Positions 27,381-36,410 of a stretch of DNA of 60,684 nucleotides are shown one piece after another. Source of the stretch: Nitrospirota bacterium (GTDB taxonomy: Bacteria > Nitrospirota > Thermodesulfovibrionia > UBA6902). Every line of letters begins with the position of its first letter. Position 1 is the stretch's first letter. The notes beneath the pieces are model-generated. The model made no database searches. It was not told the origin of the DNA and was given only the letters and a program-made list of their open reading frames with translations. The stretch spans positions 1-60,684 of the forward strand of contig JACQXG010000016.1 of NCBI GenBank assembly GCA_016208905.1, given 5' to 3'. The position numbers were made by a program, and so were the translations under genes.

Positions 27381-29792
27381 GTGAACGTAATGAATTATAT
27401 GCGTGTCATTGCGTTCATGTTTATAACTCTGAATCCACTCTTAAACATTGCAGATGCTGCTATAGCTGGAGACGCGGCCGATTTTTTACAGATCAGGGCA
27501 GGAGAACATTCCGGTTTCATGAGAATAGTTATTGAAGGACAAGACTCCATCTTATCAGGGGGGAAGGTAAGTCAGCAAGGGAAAGACATAATAGTCAGTT
27601 TTGCAGAAAAGATATCTGAAATAAAAAAGAAAGATCTGCCGATTAAATGCAAAGTGGATAAAGATGTTGTTACATTCTCTCTGAAGCAGGCAGGGAGGCT
27701 GAAAACGTATTCCCTCCAAAATCCAAGTCGTTTTGTAATAGATGTATACCCTAAAGAGGAAGAAGTAATAAATCAGGCAAAGACAGAAACAAAGCCGGAG
27801 ATTGAAAAAGCTGAAAAAATAAAAACAAATGCAGCGACAAAAAATCCAAGTCGTTTTGTAATGGATGCGCACGCTGAAGAGAAAGAAGTAAAAAAACAGG
27901 TAAAGACTGAAACGAAGCCGGAGGCTGGAAAAGCTGAAATAATAAAAACAGGCATTATGACTGAAGCTTCCAGCAAAGGTTATGCTTATCAAAGGGACAG
28001 AAATGTTGGAACAACGACGGAAAAAGAATATGATGAAATTAATTTTATTCCTGAAAAATACAAGGCGATGTGGTCACTTTTGGAAGGAGGCAACTTTTAC
28101 GCTGTCTTAAAAGAACTTCCTGCTTTTAAACCGGATAAAGCTGAGTCTCTTGCGGCTTTTTATTATATATTTGCAAAGGCAAATATAATGGCAAAGCAAT
28201 ATCTGGATGCAGTTAAACATTTAAGGCTGGCATATATATATGCAACCGAAAATGCATTAAAGGAACAGGCGCTTTTAAAAAGGGCCGGAATGTACATGGA
28301 GTTAAAACTTATTTATGAAGCAAGGGCGGACTATCTTGTATTTATCAGGGACTTTCCATCTTCACGATACATTGAAAAAGCACATTTCGGACTGGCAGAG
28401 AGTCTCTCCAGGATCGGCTCTTTCAGCGAAGCAATTGAGCATTATAAACAGGCAGGTAAGCAGACCGGGGTCCTCTTTGGTATGGCAAATACCCTGCAAA
28501 AAATTGATAGAGTGGAGGAAGCAAAAAAGGCATATAATGAAGCACTGCTAGTTGAGAATACCTATCCGGCAAGTTCCCCTGAAACCTATTTTCTGATTGG
28601 TGAGAATATGCGCATGTCAGGGGACATGGAAAATGCCAAAAAACAATTATCACTGATAGGGTCCGGACCTTTTAAAGATAATGCAAGCATAAGTATGGGG
28701 CTTATAGCCATGGAAGAGTCAAACATTCAGGAGGCTGTAGGGCACTTTAGCGCGGCGGCCCAGTCAAAGGAGCAAAAAGTAAGGGTGCAGGCCTTATTTA
28801 ATTTATCGCTGGCATACATAAAAGAAGGAAAGGTCAAGGAGGCGACATCGAGCCTGGAAGAAATCAGACATCACCATATTGATTCAAATATGTACAAGGA
28901 AGCCCTTCTTGCACTGGCAAAGATATACAAAAAAGGTAGCAGGGGAAAGGAAGCCGTTTCCCTGCTGAAAGAACTGGTTTACGGGAAGCAGCCTCCGGCG
29001 GATGCCTTCAGCACGCTAGAGGAAATAGTGCTTGAAACAGGCGAAAAATCATCAACGGGCGGTTTGACGTTCGTAACGTTATGGAATGATGTTGGACAAT
29101 GGCTTGTTGACGAAACAAGAGAAGAGTTTCTGCTGAAAGTCGTTAAACGTCTGAGACATGAAGGTAAACCTTTTATAGATTTATGCTCATGGCTTGTTGA
29201 AAATGGGTCTCAACACGCAAGGGGCAAGGCTGCGGCCGATCTGGCGGACTATTACATCGGTACCGGCAACGCCGAAATCTCCCGGGATTACATAAATATC
29301 GCAAAGGATTCAAAGGAATCAGGAGACGCAGTATTAAGAGTTGAAGCAAGAGTACTTCACATGGAAGGGAATCAAACAGCAGCATTAAAGCAGATAATAA
29401 TGATAAAAGAAATAGAAAAGAGTGACCTGGACCTGCTCGGTAATATTATATCCGGTATAAATGATCCGGGGTCAAAAGAGGTCCAAAAAGCAATTGCGTT
29501 TTATGAAAAGGCATTAAATGAATCCGACGGTGACGCTGAGAACTATGCTGCTCTCGCCGATATCCTTTACGCAAACAACGACAGGAGCAAGTCTCTTAAA
29601 TATTACAGGATAGCTAAAGAAAAGAGTCCTGACAATGAATGGGTCATGTACAGGGTAGCGAGGGACGCCGGCATGCCGGAAGCAGAGGACATATTAAACC
29701 GTCTGCAAAAAGGAGATAATCTATACGGGCGCCTGGCTAAGTCAAAACTTACGGAGATGGCCCTCCTGAATAAAGTCAAGGAGATGTATTAA
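27381..29792 (+). CDS. secreted AMIN-like / TPR repeat protein (true start may be the ATG at 27390 or 27399)
   Basis: Signal peptide (VIAFMFITLNPLLNIADA). AMIN-like segment (FMRIVIEG...NPSRFVIDVYP). A long C-terminal TPR-like helical repeat region. TAATG overlap with the kinase gene. Confidence 0.6.
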   Translation: MNVMNYMRVIAFMFITLNPLLNIADAAIAGDAADFLQIRAGEHSGFMRIVIEGQDSILSGGKVSQQGKDIIVSFAEKISEIKKKDLPIKCKVDKDVVTFSLKQAGRLKTYSLQNPSRFVIDVYPKEEEVINQAKTETKPEIEKAEKIKTNAATKNPSRFVMDAHAEEKEVKKQVKTETKPEAGKAEIIKTGIMTEASSKGYAYQRDRNVGTTTEKEYDEINFIPEKYKAMWSLLEGGNFYAVLKELPAFKPDKAESLAAFYYIFAKANIMAKQYLDAVKHLRLAYIYATENALKEQALLKRAGMYMELKLIYEARADYLVFIRDFPSSRYIEKAHFGLAESLSRIGSFSEAIEHYKQAGKQTGVLFGMANTLQKIDRVEEAKKAYNEALLVENTYPASSPETYFLIGENMRMSGDMENAKKQLSLIGSGPFKDNASISMGLIAMEESNIQEAVGHFSAAAQSKEQKVRVQALFNLSLAYIKEGKVKEATSSLEEIRHHHIDSNMYKEALLALAKIYKKGSRGKEAVSLLKELVYGKQPPADAFSTLEEIVLETGEKSSTGGLTFVTLWNDVGQWLVDETREEFLLKVVKRLRHEGKPFIDLCSWLVENGSQHARGKAAADLADYYIGTGNAEISRDYINIAKDSKESGDAVLRVEARVLHMEGNQTAALKQIIMIKEIEKSDLDLLGNIISGINDPGSKEVQKAIAFYEKALNESDGDAENYAALADILYANNDRSKSLKYYRIAKEKSPDNEWVMYRVARDAGMPEAEDILNRLQKGDNLYGRLAKSKLTEMALLNKVKEMY
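27718..27963 (+). repeat. tandem duplication, 2 x 123 bp (41 aa), in frame
   Basis: NPSRFVIDVYPKEEEVINQAKTETKPEIEKAEKIKT is followed by NPSRFVMDAHAEEKEVKKQVKTETKPEAGKAEIIKT. Unit starts are at 27718 and 27841. Confidence 0.9.
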
Positions 29793-30994
29793 TGGAAAAA
29801 GCAGTAAAGCTGAATGAGGCTTTCCATAATTTTACCGAGGCGTCCAGGAACTTGCAGACATACTACGATAAGCTCCGGGAAAAGGTCCAATATCTTACAC
29901 AGGAACTGGAGAAGAAAAACATCCAGCTTAACAAGGCCATTCTGGAAGTAGGAGAGTCAAAGGATTATCTGCAGGCTGTTTTACAGAGCATAGGCGAGGC
30001 GATAGTAGTCCTTGATCAGGAAGATAAAATAACAATGATGAACAGAGCAGCCGAGGAACTTCTTTGTTCCTGCAAAAATGATGTTGCCGGGAAGATGTTT
30101 AATGATCTGGACTTTACTATTGAAGAAAACAGTTCAGGTACAAGACTGATTGTCAACGGGACGACTTATGATGTAATAATATCACGCTCAACCGTGTCAG
30201 GGCCGGAAGGATCAGTCAGGGGCTACGTGATTCTGATCAAGGACATAACAAAGCTCAAGGACCTTGAGCGCCGGCATGAAAGAAATCAGAGGCTTATAGC
30301 AATGGGTGAGATGGCCGCAAAGATAGTCCATGAGATAAGAAGTCCGTTATGCAGCATTGAACTTTTTTCCACCATGCTTTCAAATGATCTCAAGGGCACT
30401 GCCCATTCTGATATGGCAAACGGTATCTCTACGGGCATCAAAAGTCTTAATAATATCCTCACGAATATGCTTTTCTTTGCCAAGCCTCAAAAACCTTTGT
30501 TTAAGGATGTAAAACTCGCTGACGCCGTTGAAGCATCCATCAACATGCTTGTCCCGCTTATACAGATAAGAGGGATTAATCTTTTTCAAAATATGACTGA
30601 TGTGGTTGTGCGCAGCGACGCGGAATTATTGAAGCAGGTATTTATGAATATAATTTTAAACGCCGTACAGGCCATGCCCGATGGAGGAAATCTGAAAATT
30701 GTCATAGAGGAAAACACTGAATACGTGACAGTTTCTGTTATTGATGACGGAGATGGCATTAATCCTCAGAATATTGAAAAGATATTTGACCCGTTTTTCA
30801 GCACAAAGGACAAGGGAACAGGTCTGGGACTTGCTATTGCGCACAAGATAATGCAGACCCACGGCGGGTTCATAAGGGCGTATAGAAATGAAGGGAGGGG
30901 TAGCACCTTCTGCGTATCATTCCCGAATTTAAACATTAAAAGCAGCGATGATGTTCAAGAAACTTTAGTAACTACTCAGGTGGATAGTCTGTAG
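29792..30994 (+). CDS. soluble PAS sensor histidine kinase (FlrB/FlgS-like position)
   Basis: No TM helix. Coiled coil followed by PAS, H-box HEIRSPL, N-box NAVQAM, G1 DDGDGI and G2 GTGLGL. Confidence 0.85.
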   Translation: MEKAVKLNEAFHNFTEASRNLQTYYDKLREKVQYLTQELEKKNIQLNKAILEVGESKDYLQAVLQSIGEAIVVLDQEDKITMMNRAAEELLCSCKNDVAGKMFNDLDFTIEENSSGTRLIVNGTTYDVIISRSTVSGPEGSVRGYVILIKDITKLKDLERRHERNQRLIAMGEMAAKIVHEIRSPLCSIELFSTMLSNDLKGTAHSDMANGISTGIKSLNNILTNMLFFAKPQKPLFKDVKLADAVEASINMLVPLIQIRGINLFQNMTDVVVRSDAELLKQVFMNIILNAVQAMPDGGNLKIVIEENTEYVTVSVIDDGDGINPQNIEKIFDPFFSTKDKGTGLGLAIAHKIMQTHGGFIRAYRNEGRGSTFCVSFPNLNIKSSDDVQETLVTTQVDSL

Positions 30995-31090
30995 GTATTT
31001 AGGTAGATAGGGGGAATAACCATGCGAGATCACACAAAGCCCAGAGCAGCAGTCCTAACAGACTACAGTCTAAACAACCTGAGTAGTTAC
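30968..31090. repeat. 123-bp element with perfect 14-bp terminal inverted repeats (GTAACTACTCAGGT), copy 1
   Basis: Left TIR 30968-30981, right TIR 31077-31090. The sub-terminal ~30 nt are shared with 55586-55749. The element contains the kinase stop codon. Confidence 0.8.
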
Positions 31091-31123
31091 AATAACTTTA
31101 TATGAAAAAGCGGGTAAATAATC

Positions 31124-32431
31124 ATGAATGAGAATATGAAATCAATACTTGTTGTGGATGATGACTTGCAGATGAGGGCCGCCATGAAAGAAGCTGTCGT
31201 CAGGATGGGATATAAATCAGTTGTTGCCGAAGATCCCGTTGATGCCTTAAAAAAGCTTGAGGACGTGTCCGTGTCCATGATTATCACGGACATGAAGATG
31301 CCGAAAATGGACGGTCTTTCTTTTATTAGAGAGGCAAGAAAGAGGATCGGGAGTTTGCCGATCCTTGTGATAACAGGCTATGCGACCGTAGAAAATGCAG
31401 TGGATGTCATGAAGGAAGGGGTATGTGATTATCTGATTAAACCGTTTTCCTTTGAGGACCTGATGAATTCAATCGAAACGATAATGTCCAGGGGCAGCGA
31501 TAACGGCAGGGATATTATAACATCCGATGAAAATATGAAGAACCTGCTGCAGCTTACAGGAAGTGTTGCGGCCAGCGATATGACAGTCCTTATTCTTGGT
31601 GAAAGCGGTACAGGCAAAGAGATACTCGCAAGATATATTCATAAATCAAGCCGGAGAAACAGGAAGCCCCTAATAGCAGTAAACTGTGCAGCTATTCCTG
31701 ATAACCTTCTGGAATCAGAGCTCTTCGGATATGAAAAAGGGTCGTTCACCGGAGCTGCAGAGAAAAAAATGGGCAAATTCGAATATGCCAATGGAGGCAC
31801 TATTTTACTTGATGAAATAGGTGAAATGACGCCAACATTACAGGCAAAATTGCTTAGGGTATTGCAGGAAAAAGAAATAGACCGGATAGGAGGCAAGCAG
31901 CCTATCCCTGTTGATGTGAGAGTAATAGCCACAACAAACAGGGATTTGCAAAAAGAGATAGAGGAAGCAAGATTCAGGGAAGACCTTTATTTCAGACTGA
32001 GCGTGTTTCCGATCCAGTTGCCGCCTCTGAGGGAAAGGCCTGAAGACATCAAACTGCTTGCAGGGCATTTCGCGGAAAAATTTTCAGTGGAGCTTAATAA
32101 AAACATTTCAGGTTTTACTGATGAAGCCGCTGAATTCCTCAGGACAAGGAAATGGAAGGGCAACATAAGGGAGCTTGAAAACGCGGTCCACAGGGCGGTA
32201 CTTATTGCCCGTGAAGAAAGGATTGGTGTGGAGGATTTTATGCTCGAGGGAAGTGTTTCACAAAACACGACGAATGAAGGAAGTATAAAAGATATGGAGA
32301 TGGACCTGATAGTAAAGACACTTGAGACAACAAACGGCAATAAAACCAAGGCTGCCAGGCTTCTTGGTGTAAGTGTAAGGACAATCAGGAACAAGCTGAA
32401 TGGATATGGGAAAAAATTTCCTGTTGCATGA
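31124..32431 (+). CDS. sigma-54-dependent response regulator (FlrC/FlgR-like by position)
   Basis: REC domain (MIITDMKMPKMDG), AAA+ domain ([14 protein letters not shown]) and an HTH (KTKAARLLGVSVRTIRNKL). It sits directly upstream of flgB. Confidence 0.9.
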   Translation: MNENMKSILVVDDDLQMRAAMKEAVVRMGYKSVVAEDPVDALKKLEDVSVSMIITDMKMPKMDGLSFIREARKRIGSLPILVITGYATVENAVDVMKEGVCDYLIKPFSFEDLMNSIETIMSRGSDNGRDIITSDENMKNLLQLTGSVAASDMTVLILGESGTGKEILARYIHKSSRRNRKPLIAVNCAAIPDNLLESELFGYEKGSFTGAAEKKMGKFEYANGGTILLDEIGEMTPTLQAKLLRVLQEKEIDRIGGKQPIPVDVRVIATTNRDLQKEIEEARFREDLYFRLSVFPIQLPPLRERPEDIKLLAGHFAEKFSVELNKNISGFTDEAAEFLRTRKWKGNIRELENAVHRAVLIAREERIGVEDFMLEGSVSQNTTNEGSIKDMEMDLIVKTLETTNGNKTKAARLLGVSVRTIRNKLNGYGKKFPVA

Positions 32432-32509
32432 AAAAATGTACTGTCAAATAATAAACACTGACTTGCTGAATTTGACAATAAAAAGCCCGGATATAATTGA
32501 AATGAGAAA

Positions 32510-32558
32510 ATCACAAATTACAAATCACAAATTGCAAACAAATTCCAATTACCAAATT
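32510..32558 (+). repeat. heptanucleotide tandem tract (ATCACAA ATTACAA ATCACAA ATTGCAA, then degenerate)
   Basis: Read directly from the sequence. Intergenic, between the EBP gene and flgB. Confidence 0.75.
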
Positions 32559-32649
32559 CTTAAAACATTCAAGAGGTTTGGTCATCATGATTCCGTATGT
32601 GATTATTGTCCTGTGAATTGATATCTGTATTGATAGTATTTAATTATCA

Positions 32650-32665
32650 TGGCATGGTTCTTGAT
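32650..32665 (+). promoter_or_regulatory. sigma-54-like promoter candidate upstream of flgB (imperfect -12)
   Basis: TGGCAT-N5-TTGAT. The -24 element is good but the -12 reads GA instead of GC. It lies ~40 nt upstream of the flgB ATG. Confidence 0.35.
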
Positions 32666-32701
32666 AGATAATGAGAATGGCGGTTTCAGGAGAATATAAG
32701 A

Positions 32702-33073
32702 ATGGATAAGAGTTTCAGGGTCCTTCATAAAATAATACAGCAGGCTGATGTAAGGCAGAAGGTGATTGCCTCTAATATTGCAAACTCTGATACCCCGGGT
32801 TACAAAGCAAAGGATGTAAAATTTAATAATTTACTTAATAATGAGGTCAAGCTCCTGACCACAGACCCGAAACACATCAGCAGTAAAAACGGCGGTAAGA
32901 TCAGCTCTGAAATTATGACTGAAAGTAATCTCTCATGGGGTGACAGCAATAACGTAGAGCTTGATGTCGAGGTCGGCAAAATGACGGAAAATGCCCTTAG
33001 ACACGATGCTGCCATAAGAATTATGAACTCAAAAATTAAAATGTACAAGACCGCCATAAGAGGGGGTAGATAA
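32702..33073 (+). CDS. flgB: flagellar basal-body rod protein FlgB
   Basis: VIASNIANSDTPGYKAKDV rod-protein N-terminal motif. First gene of the operon. Confidence 0.9.
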   Translation: MDKSFRVLHKIIQQADVRQKVIASNIANSDTPGYKAKDVKFNNLLNNEVKLLTTDPKHISSKNGGKISSEIMTESNLSWGDSNNVELDVEVGKMTENALRHDAAIRIMNSKIKMYKTAIRGGR

Positions 33074-33480
33074 TGGATATATTTAAAGTAAGTTCATCGG
33101 CCCTTGAGTCACAGAGGATAAGGATGAACACGATAGCTTCCAATATGGCAAATTCCCGGACGACAAGAACAGAAGCCGGCGGGCCCTACGTGAAAAAAAA
33201 TGTTGTATTTCAAACAATGCCTGTAAATGCAAAGGCATCAGAAGGTCTTGACGGTGTAGAGGTCTCAGGAGTTGTGGAGAGCACAAAACCGCCGATAGTA
33301 ATTTATGAACCGGGACATCCGGATGCGGATGAAAACGGATATGTTTCAATGCCGGATATCAATGTCATTGAAGAGATGACAAATATGATGATGGCATTAA
33401 GGGCATACGAAGCTAACGTCAGGGCCTTTAATATATCAAAGGGTATGTATCAGAAAGCCCTTGAACTCGGGAGGTTTTAA
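33073..33480 (+). CDS. flgC: flagellar basal-body rod protein FlgC
   Basis: MNTIASNMANSRTTRT...GGPY and the C-terminal ALRAYEANV motif. Confidence 0.9.
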   Translation: MDIFKVSSSALESQRIRMNTIASNMANSRTTRTEAGGPYVKKNVVFQTMPVNAKASEGLDGVEVSGVVESTKPPIVIYEPGHPDADENGYVSMPDINVIEEMTNMMMALRAYEANVRAFNISKGMYQKALELGRF

Positions 33481-33779
33481 TGACTGATATTCCAATTAAA
33501 GACATCGGCAGCAATCAAGGCGTTTCAGGAAGCGCACAAATAAAATCCATAAAAAATGAGTCCGGAAGCGGTTTTGATAAAGTCATTGATGAGGCATTAA
33601 GCAAGGTCTCGCAGGTGCAGGAAGATGTAGAAAAAGCAGTAAATAAACTGGCATCGGGCGGAGACATTACGGACGCAGTGCTGGCAATAGAAAAGGCGGA
33701 CATGTCATTTCAGTTAATGGTTGAGATAAGGAACAAACTCATAAGCACTTATGAGGAAGTCATGAAGATGCCGGTGTAA
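33480..33779 (+). CDS. fliE: flagellar hook-basal body complex protein FliE
   Basis: 99 aa. The C-terminal FQLMVEIRNKLISTYEEVMKMPV is typical of FliE. Gene order supports the call. Confidence 0.85.
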   Translation: MTDIPIKDIGSNQGVSGSAQIKSIKNESGSGFDKVIDEALSKVSQVQEDVEKAVNKLASGGDITDAVLAIEKADMSFQLMVEIRNKLISTYEEVMKMPV

Positions 33780-33786
33780 AAAACAA

Positions 33787-33828
33787 GTGAGAAGCAAGAA
33801 GTAAGAAGTGGGAAGTGGGAAGTAAAAA
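33787..33828 (+). repeat. heptanucleotide tandem tract (GTGAGAA GCAAGAA GTAAGAA GTGGGAA GTGGGAA GTAAAAA)
   Basis: Read directly from the sequence. Located in the fliE-fliF spacer. Confidence 0.8.
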
Positions 33829-33872
33829 AAATTAAAAGTAAAACTAAAACTAAGGACTGAGAAGGGACAAAT

Positions 33873-35420
33873 ATGGCTGCTTTTGACAATATCGTTGAAC
33901 AACTCAAGGCAATGCCGGCCAGCAAAAAGACAGCTTTATTAGCTGTTATCGTGGTATGTGTTGCAGGCATGCTGCTTTTATTTTCGTGGACACAGAAGGC
34001 TGATTATCAGGTCCTGTTCTCAAATCTTGAGGATGATGACGCGGGAAGGATAATCCAGGAACTGAAAGACAAGAAAATCCCGTACGAGCTTGGCGCATCA
34101 GGCGCCATACTTGTATCGTCCGATAAAGTTTATGACCTCAGGCTTCAGCTTGCATCACAGGGGCTTCCACAGGGAGGCGGGGTCGGCTTTGAGATCTTTG
34201 ACAATACAAATTTTACTGTAAGCGAGTTTGTCCAGAAACTTAATTACCGGAGGGCGCTGGAAGGTGAATTGGCAAGAACTATCAAATCAATGTCAGGCGT
34301 CCAGCAGGGCAGAGTTCATCTGGTAATTCCCGATAAATCCATATTCGCATTTCAGGAGAGCAAATCCAAGACATCTGCTGCTGTATTTCTCACCCTTAAA
34401 AATGGAAGGAAACTTGCCGGCTCGGAGGTTGAGGCGATAGTCCATCTTGTGTCAAGCAGTGTTGAGGACCTGGGTTCCAATAATATTACTGTTATTGATA
34501 ACAAGGGCAATCTACTTACAAAACCTTCTGACGACGGCCTCATGAGCCTTACCGGATCACAGCTGGAATATCAGCATAATTTCGAGCAAAATCTGATGTC
34601 CCAGGTTGTAAGCATCCTTGAACCGGTTGTAGGGAGAGGTAAAGTTAATGCCAGGGTCTCGGCGGCATTTGACTTTAAAAGAAGTGAAAGGACGGAAGAA
34701 AAGTTTGACCCTGAAGGAGTCGTCGTCAGGAGTGAACAAAAGAGCACTGAGAAGAGCACTTCCGGAGGACGGGGCGGCGTACCGGGGGTAGAATCAAACC
34801 TCCCCGGAGGAGGAGCACAGCCTTCTGCTTCATTACTCGGTCAATCGCAGAAACAGGACGAGATGATTAATTATGAAACGAGTAAAACCGTAACACGGAC
34901 AATCGATTCACCGATTAGCCTCGAAAGACTTTCCGTTGCAATTCTTATCGACGGCATTCTCTCTTCACAAAAGGGGACAACAGAAAATGCGGATAAATAC
35001 ACTGTACGTTCTGATGAGGACCTTAAATACTATGAAGATATAGTCAAAAAGACCGTTGGGTTCAGCGGGGAAAGGGGAGATGAAATAAGCGTGAATATAA
35101 TGCCCTTTAAAGAAATGGAAACTGCGGAAATGCCTCCTGCTGAAAGGGAATATATGCCGATTGTTCTCAGCTTGCTGAAATATATCGTGCCGTTAATAGT
35201 TGCAATTCTCTTTTTCCTTTTTGTTGTAAAACCTCTTATTGCATCACTTTCAAAATCCATACCTCAGGCAGCAACAAGAGTCGCCATTTCAGAAGAACAG
35301 GCCAGGCTGGAAGCTCCTCTTCAGGCAAAGGAGATACCTCTGCAGAAACAGGTAGTTGACTGGGCAAATACTAATCCTCAACAGGCAGCGGGATTGGTAA
35401 AGGGCTGGCTGGAGGAATAA
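33873..35420 (+). CDS. fliF: flagellar MS-ring protein FliF
   Basis: N-terminal TM helix, YQVLFSNLEDDDAGRIIQELKDKKIPYEL, a second TM helix near the C-terminus, and 515-aa length. Confidence 0.9.
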   Translation: MAAFDNIVEQLKAMPASKKTALLAVIVVCVAGMLLLFSWTQKADYQVLFSNLEDDDAGRIIQELKDKKIPYELGASGAILVSSDKVYDLRLQLASQGLPQGGGVGFEIFDNTNFTVSEFVQKLNYRRALEGELARTIKSMSGVQQGRVHLVIPDKSIFAFQESKSKTSAAVFLTLKNGRKLAGSEVEAIVHLVSSSVEDLGSNNITVIDNKGNLLTKPSDDGLMSLTGSQLEYQHNFEQNLMSQVVSILEPVVGRGKVNARVSAAFDFKRSERTEEKFDPEGVVVRSEQKSTEKSTSGGRGGVPGVESNLPGGGAQPSASLLGQSQKQDEMINYETSKTVTRTIDSPISLERLSVAILIDGILSSQKGTTENADKYTVRSDEDLKYYEDIVKKTVGFSGERGDEISVNIMPFKEMETAEMPPAEREYMPIVLSLLKYIVPLIVAILFFLFVVKPLIASLSKSIPQAATRVAISEEQARLEAPLQAKEIPLQKQVVDWANTNPQQAAGLVKGWLEE

Positions 35421-35423
35421 TAA

Positions 35424-36410
35424 ATGGCAATGAACGGATATGAAAAAGCCGCGATTTTTTTGACTTCTGTCGGAGAGGACGTTGCCGCCCAGATATTAAA
35501 AAACCTTAAACCTGAAGATATCGGGAAGATTTCTTCATACATGACCAAGGGCGGGAAAAAGGACCATGCCAAACTTGAGAGTGTATTAACAGAGACAATG
35601 GAAAAGGTGACAGGAGGAGATATCAACGAATCCGGCGATGATTACGTAAAAAAGATACTCACAAAAGGCCTCGGAGGCGATGATGCAGCGAAGATACTCG
35701 ATATGGTTTCAAAGGAAAGTCCGCTTGAATCTCTTAAGTGGGTAAATTCGAAGACACTGTCAAGTTTTCTGAGTACTGAACATCCTCAAACAATCGCATT
35801 GGTTTTATGTCTTCTGGAAGCTGAACAGGCCGCGGAAGTTATGACGGCGCTGCCTGAGCATATAAGGGGTGATGTAGCAATGAGGGTTGCAAAAACAGAA
35901 AGGATACCGGAAAGCGCTTTGGTAGAAATAGAAGCGGTACTTAAAGGGCAGCTGGATATGAGAAAGGGTAAAGAGGGAAGGTCCTTCCAGGGCACAAAGA
36001 TGCTTGCAGAGATTCTCAATTCATGTGAAAGAAGCACGGAGCAGGCTATACTTGAGAAAATAGAAGGACAAAACGAATCACTGGCAGAGTCAATAAGGGA
36101 ACTTATGCTTGTCTTTGATGATCTTGAGAATGTCGATGACAGGGGAATTCAGATGATATTAAAAGAGCTCAGTACGGAAGACCTGTCTCTGGCCTTAAAA
36201 ACAGCCTCGACTGGACTGAGAGACAAGATTTATAAAAATATGTCTCAGAGAGCTGTTCAGATATTAAAAGAAGAAATGGAGACGAGAGGGCCTGTCAAGG
36301 TATCGGATGTTGAAGCGGCACAGCAAAATATCGTCAGGGTGGCCAGAAAACTTGATGAAGAAGGCAAAATTGTAATTGCCGGCAGGGGCGGGGAGGAAAT
36401 GGTTGGATAA
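35424..36410 (+). CDS. fliG: flagellar motor switch protein FliG
   Basis: GYEKAAIFLTSVGEDVAAQILKNL, the MLVFDDL motif and RAVQILKEEME. Confidence 0.9.
   Translation: MAMNGYEKAAIFLTSVGEDVAAQILKNLKPEDIGKISSYMTKGGKKDHAKLESVLTETMEKVTGGDINESGDDYVKKILTKGLGGDDAAKILDMVSKESPLESLKWVNSKTLSSFLSTEHPQTIALVLCLLEAEQAAEVMTALPEHIRGDVAMRVAKTERIPESALVEIEAVLKGQLDMRKGKEGRSFQGTKMLAEILNSCERSTEQAILEKIEGQNESLAESIRELMLVFDDLENVDDRGIQMILKELSTEDLSLALKTASTGLRDKIYKNMSQRAVQILKEEMETRGPVKVSDVEAAQQNIVRVARKLDEEGKIVIAGRGGEEMVG

Noticed and set aside
32400-32621. 73-aa ORF in the EBP-flgB spacer
   Set aside because: It overlaps the EBP 3' end and reads through the heptamer tract. It has no SD and low-complexity Asn/Lys/Ile/Gln-rich content.
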